Positions 33,692-36,311 of a stretch of 36,311 bases of DNA are shown here, one piece after another. Below the pieces are notes generated by a model. The model was not told where the DNA came from, did not search any database, and saw only the letters and a list, made by a program, of their open reading frames with translations. Position 1 is the stretch's first letter. Every line of letters starts with the position of its first letter. Origin of the DNA: Actinomycetota bacterium (GTDB taxonomy: Bacteria > Actinomycetota > Actinomycetes > S36-B12 > UBA10799); assembly GCA_030837445.1 (NCBI GenBank), contig JAUPKM010000286.1:1-36311 (forward strand). Direction: 5' to 3'. Both the position numbers and the translations under genes were made by a program.

Positions 33692-34426
33692 CTACCCACC
33701 GCGACCACATCCCAGCCAAGTCACCGGCCAGCTGACCCCACTCGAACGAGTGGGACTTGACGAGGGGGCGAGGCCGTTGGGGACGACGGCCGTGGTCATC
33801 CAGTGCTGGCCGGTCTGCACATGTCCCGGGCGGACCCACTTGCCGACCCGGACGGCGAACTCCACCCGGGGAAACGCAGCGGCGTCCCTGACGACGAAAC
33901 CCTCGCTCGTTCGTGGGTCGCGACGGTCCCGCCAGACGTCGAGCAGATGTGCCTCGCTGACGAACGGTCCCCGGTACAGGACGGGGACGAGCGTCAGGCC
34001 GAGCAGCGCACACCACTCCACCGTGTCGTCCCAGGACAGGCAGGCGTCGTTCTGCCAGACGCCGAACACGAGAAAGTAGGTCGGCAGATCGTCATAGCCG
34101 ATGGAATGCCTCGCGTAGAGATTCTCCCCGCAGATCCGCATCCCCGCCGGCAGCTCGGGGTGAAGGGTGGACGCGAGGGCACGGACCCACGACCGCGACG
34201 GGTGCGGCCCCGAATCGGTACTGCGGGCATGCACATACCCATGCTGACCATCGGGCCCGGCGAGGGTGCCGATCGTGGTGTTCTCGCCGTCCATTTTCTC
34301 GGTGAGCACGATCTGACGGCCCGCGAGCAGGTCGCCGGCCGCGAGGACGACGTCATCGGCGGCGGCCCCCGGCGAGGAGGGGAGGTGAGGGGTCCGCGGG
34401 TACTTCACCCGCTCGGCGCTGGTCAT
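33692..34426 (-). CDS. RNA ligase family protein (nucleotidyltransferase superfamily)
   Basis: ATG 34426 (MTSAERVKYPRTPHLP...). Motif I LTEKMDGEN (KxDG lysine), motif IV-like EGFVVRD, motif V-like VGKWVR. ATGA overlap with the upstream gene. Confidence 0.8.
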   Translation of the reverse strand: MTSAERVKYPRTPHLPSSPGAAADDVVLAAGDLLAGRQIVLTEKMDGENTTIGTLAGPDGQHGYVHARSTDSGPHPSRSWVRALASTLHPELPAGMRICGENLYARHSIGYDDLPTYFLVFGVWQNDACLSWDDTVEWCALLGLTLVPVLYRGPFVSEAHLLDVWRDRRDPRTSEGFVVRDAAAFPRVEFAVRVGKWVRPGHVQTGQHWMTTAVVPNGLAPSSSPTRSSGVSWPVTWLGCGRGG

Positions 34427-35721
34427 CGCCGCCGTGCCTCCGCTACCCGGCCGGTCCAGGTGGCGGCCGTCACCGGCGCCAGGCGGGCCGCTTCGTCGCT
34501 TGTCAGCCAGCGGGTGACCGGGGCGTAGTCCCACATGGCCCCGCCTGGTTCGACGACGGTGAGGGTCTGGTACTCGTCCGGAGTGGGCCAGCGCAGCGCA
34601 CGGGTCATCGCGGCGACCCGTCCGTCCGGGACGGCGTCAGCGGACGGCCGGGTTCGCTGGCGGTCGAGCGCCAGGGCTAACCGCCCGTGGAAGTACGCCG
34701 CGTGCACTGCCGCTCCGTACCGCCCGGCGTAGGCGACGAGCACGTCACGGGTCGTGCGGACCAGGTGGGTCGCGTCGACGCAGATGTCCGCCCCACGAGC
34801 CAGCAACGTCGGGATCAGGGACAGCACCTGGGACGTCGCCGCCCGCCGGTCACGGCGGCGGGACCCCTCGGCGGACAGCACGACCCCGTCGGTCGCCGGT
34901 TGCCACACCTCGCGAGCCCACGTCGACTTGCCGAGTCCGGGCAGCCCGATCGTGTACGTCAGGCTGCCACCCATGGAGTGCCGCTCCGCGGCGGCCAACG
35001 CGGCCGCTGCCGCTCCGACGTCCGTGATCTCGCCGTTCGCCACGGCGCGGAACACCTCCCTCCACGCCCTCGGGGAACTCGCCCGCGCCGGATCGGCGAG
35101 CGCGAGCACCCCGAACCGGTCCGGCTGTTCCGCGCCGACGTCGTCCAGGACCAGACGGGCGTAGCCGACCCTGTCCTCGACGTCACGGACGTCGTCACAG
35201 ACGCGGCCCCGGGCGTCGCAGTCCCACAGCGCGGCGAGCAGCCGGGGATCGGTGTCGTGCGTCATCCGCAGCGCCGCTCCCCGCGACAGGCGGTCCGCGG
35301 CATAGGCCCACATGTGGTCACGGATCAATGCCTGCGTCCCGGCCCGCGCCCCGAGCGGCAGGTCTGCCACGACGGGATGGGTGTGGGCGATCTCGCCGAA
35401 CAGGGCTGCCCCGGCCAGGTCGTGCCCCCGGGAGGCGTAGACGCCGTCCGCGACCCGGGTGGTGGTCGCCGGCTTGCCGGCGTCGTGCAGCAGCGCGGCG
35501 AGACGCAAGGTCGAGGCCTGCACGGGGTCCCCGCCGTCACGGAGGTAGGCCTCCGCCCGTTCGCAGGCGAGGTCGTAGACCCATTCCGTGTGCGTGGCGA
35601 CGTCTCCCTCGGCGTGGAACGCCACGCTCTGCGGGCACCCGCGCAGGGCGGAGAGCGGTCCGCGCGTCTCCGCCCCGAGGTCCACGGCCTGCCCCCGCAG
35701 GGCGTTGGCGATCGCATCCAC
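34423..35721 (-). CDS. HD-domain phosphohydrolase fused to a P-loop (AAA_33/polynucleotide-kinase-like) kinase
   Basis: GTG start. N-terminal FHAEGDVATHTEW ... LLHDAGKP (H...HD metal site). C-terminal IGLPGLGKSTWAREV Walker A with ICVDATH downstream. Confidence 0.75.
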   Translation of the reverse strand: MDAIANALRGQAVDLGAETRGPLSALRGCPQSVAFHAEGDVATHTEWVYDLACERAEAYLRDGGDPVQASTLRLAALLHDAGKPATTTRVADGVYASRGHDLAGAALFGEIAHTHPVVADLPLGARAGTQALIRDHMWAYAADRLSRGAALRMTHDTDPRLLAALWDCDARGRVCDDVRDVEDRVGYARLVLDDVGAEQPDRFGVLALADPARASSPRAWREVFRAVANGEITDVGAAAAALAAAERHSMGGSLTYTIGLPGLGKSTWAREVWQPATDGVVLSAEGSRRRDRRAATSQVLSLIPTLLARGADICVDATHLVRTTRDVLVAYAGRYGAAVHAAYFHGRLALALDRQRTRPSADAVPDGRVAAMTRALRWPTPDEYQTLTVVEPGGAMWDYAPVTRWLTSDEAARLAPVTAATWTGRVAEARRR

Positions 35722-35764
35722 GTCGACGATCGTGCCGGTCCTCCCCCACCACCGGCCAACGGTT

Positions 35765-36165
35765 TACCATCGGCACGCGATCGAGACCGGAATCATCGAG
35801 CGGCTCTACGACGTCGACTGGGGAGTCACTCAAGCGCTGATCGCAGAGGGGTTGAGTTCCGAGGTCGCAGCACGGGAGGGCGGTATCGAAGAGGGCGCGC
35901 TGGAGACGATCAGGGCGCAATTCGAGGCATTGGAGTTCCTGTCGGAGACGACGAGCGACACGGACGCCGACGATTCCGATGTCAGTGCCTTCCTCATCCG
36001 TCAGCTTCACGTGACTATCTGCCGCGCTCAGGCCACTCACGATGCTGTCGACCAGTTCGGGCGGCTGGTCCGCAGCCCGCTGCGTCCAGGTCTTCTCTTC
36101 TGTCCTCCTGAGCAGGCCGACAGCGAGATCGCGCGGCTCGTCGAGCTGTACCGCGGACTTCTACA
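35765..36165 (+). pseudogene. Fic/DOC-like gene fragment (both ends missing)
   Basis: This + frame has high third-position GC: HAIETGIIERLYDVDWGVTQALIAEG ... FLIRQLHVTICRAQATHDAVDQFGRLVRSPLRPG ... CPPEQADSEIARLVELYR. It resembles the N-terminal and middle parts of actinobacterial Fic-family proteins as I recall them. No start codon context and no HPFxxGNGR motif follow. Confidence 0.3.
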
Positions 36166-36311
36166 CCAACATCACCGGTGGCACCTGGTGGGCGAGTCTG
36201 CGGCTCACCGTACTGGGGCAGAAACTCAGGTACGTCGCCGTCCTTCAGAAGGTCGGTCACGGTGAGACAGGTGTCCTCGCGCTGACGATCTTCGCGGAAG
36301 CGGTGACGGAC

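Noticed and set aside
26736-33740. Calling the 7-kb block between the repeats a defined mobile element (integrative island, transposon or prophage remnant)
   Set aside because: I recognise no integrase, transposase, recombinase, tRNA attachment site or terminal inverted repeats. Only compositional dips and flanking homologous repeats support mobility, so it is reported as an islet and not as a mobile_element feature.
36015-36260. The 81-aa minus-strand ORF at the right edge as a complete gene
   Set aside because: Its 3' half is antisense to the better-supported Fic-like frame and is Arg-rich. Only about 36170-36311 shows minus-strand codon bias, and that frame is open to the window edge, so any real gene is partial and unidentifiable here.

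Overview
High-GC actinomycete chromosomal window. Hand-counted 60-nt lines give about 68-77% GC in typical genes and 43-52% in a few patches. It is almost entirely coding and most genes are on the minus strand. Left part: a secreted SGNH esterase (partial), a PBP4-type DD-peptidase and an alpha/beta hydrolase. Next is a complete Tad/Flp pilus locus at 3.6-15.4 kb. Its genes are a Zn-ribbon ORF, cpaB, a cpaE/tadZ-like ATPase fused in frame to a TadE-like module, a tadE-like gene, tadA, tadB, tadC, an embedded HisKA_3 kinase + LuxR regulator pair, flp, a TadE-like gene, a lipoprotein and an OmpA-like protein. The most unusual content lies directly beside it at 15.96-21.5 kb. There are two diverged copies of a bicistronic cassette. 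Each encodes a protein that starts with a full Flp-pilin module (leader, G|xxxxEY site, hydrophobic helix) fused to about 450 aa of unrecognisable Gly/Ser/Thr-rich sequence. Each is coupled by a TAGATG junction to a DUF3592-like two-TM membrane protein, and an LpqN-like lipoprotein gene separates the copies. I read this as a candidate undescribed Tad-associated modular-pilin or effector system. Middle: two DUF21/CBS proteins, a HIT protein and a GH12+CBM2 endoglucanase. Right part (25.9-36.3 kb) is an accessory, defence-like islet. It holds an intact HD/P-loop kinase + RNA ligase operon (RNA healing and sealing). A decayed, internally deleted second copy of that operon lies about 7.7 kb away. 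Together the two copies bracket a DinB-like gene, a low-GC GmrSD-type (DUF262/DUF1524) nuclease, vapBC, a hypothetical protein and an AAA/DUF4143 ATPase. A Fic-like gene fragment sits at the right edge. I recognised no rRNA, tRNA, CRISPR array, transposase or integrase.
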